Origin: Octopus sinensis | Lineage: Eukaryota | NCBI RefSeq assembly: GCF_006345805.1 | Contig: NC_043005.1 | Span: 47,492,001-47,556,000 of the forward strand | Length of the DNA: 64,000 nt | Direction: 5' to 3' | In this document: one piece after another, positions 63,401-64,000 of the stretch | Layout of the letters: each line of letters begins with the position of its first letter | Position numbering within the stretch: the stretch's first letter is position 1 | Translations under genes and position numbers: made by a program | The notes under the pieces: generated by a model | Database searches by the model: none | Told to the model about the DNA's origin: nothing | The model's input: the letters and a program-made list of their open reading frames with translations, nothing else

Positions 63401-64000
63401 TATATCAGCACTAACAATATGCTGTACACAGTAAAAAAAAAAAGCCTCACTAAAATTCCTCTAATACTGTAGGGTCATACATAGTTTTCTTTAGTAAGAT
63501 TAGCAATAGTCTCCATATTTTGCTGCCTTAATATTTTTAAATACTTGAATTGATTGATTTTATTGGATCTGTCTTCTTTGCCTGTTGTTTTTAGATTCTA
63601 GGTACCCAGTAATGGGAGATTTTGTTTACCAGTTGCCTGGATAATCTCAGTTAATCAAAACTTTTCCCCTCACTACATTAATTCTGAGAGATCCTGCAGT
63701 ATTTGTACTTAGTATGCAGAATGTTCTCCTTGAGATATTTTCATTCTGCCATATTGCTAAAATTATTCTTCTTTACATCCTGGCCGCAGAACTTTTAAGA
63801 AAAGGGAAAAACAATTCACTCGTGGAGTGCCAAACTAACTGAAAACTAATGAGTCTTTTGTGTTGATTTACAGGCAAATCCTCTCACACAAGAAGAATAA
63901 ATGAATGACCTAATTGGAAGCTGATTAGGCAATTATGTAAATGCTAGAATACATTAAAGATGGTTGTAACAAGTAAGCAAGTTTTCTGCAGTTTTTAAAT

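Overview
AT-rich eukaryotic genomic DNA saturated with microsatellites and interspersed repeats. The repeat families and (TA)n/(TACA)n/(AAT)n density suggest an octopus or other coleoid cephalopod (inference, not verified). There is no intact recognisable host gene, rRNA, true tRNA or CRISPR array, and nearly all ORFs in the supplied track are translations of simple repeats. Supported content: (1) a full-length DD34D mariner with 39-bp TIRs and two 1-nt frameshifts, two decayed mariners, and Tc1-, hAT- and piggyBac-type MITEs; (2) a tandemly duplicated non-autonomous Helitron-like element; (3) fragments of RTE, RTE-X, BovB-like, L1/Tx1, R4/Dong, Penelope and Gypsy retroelements; (4) dozens of tRNA-derived SINE copies; (5) several long fold-back palindromes. 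The best leads are a minimal dimer-type hammerhead ribozyme at 18120-18154 and short minus-strand candidate exons, notably a 12-nt microexon behind a 194-nt AG-free zone, which hint that the window is intronic to a large gene. I did not find convincing evidence of a wholly new biological system. Boundaries of decayed repeats are approximate.
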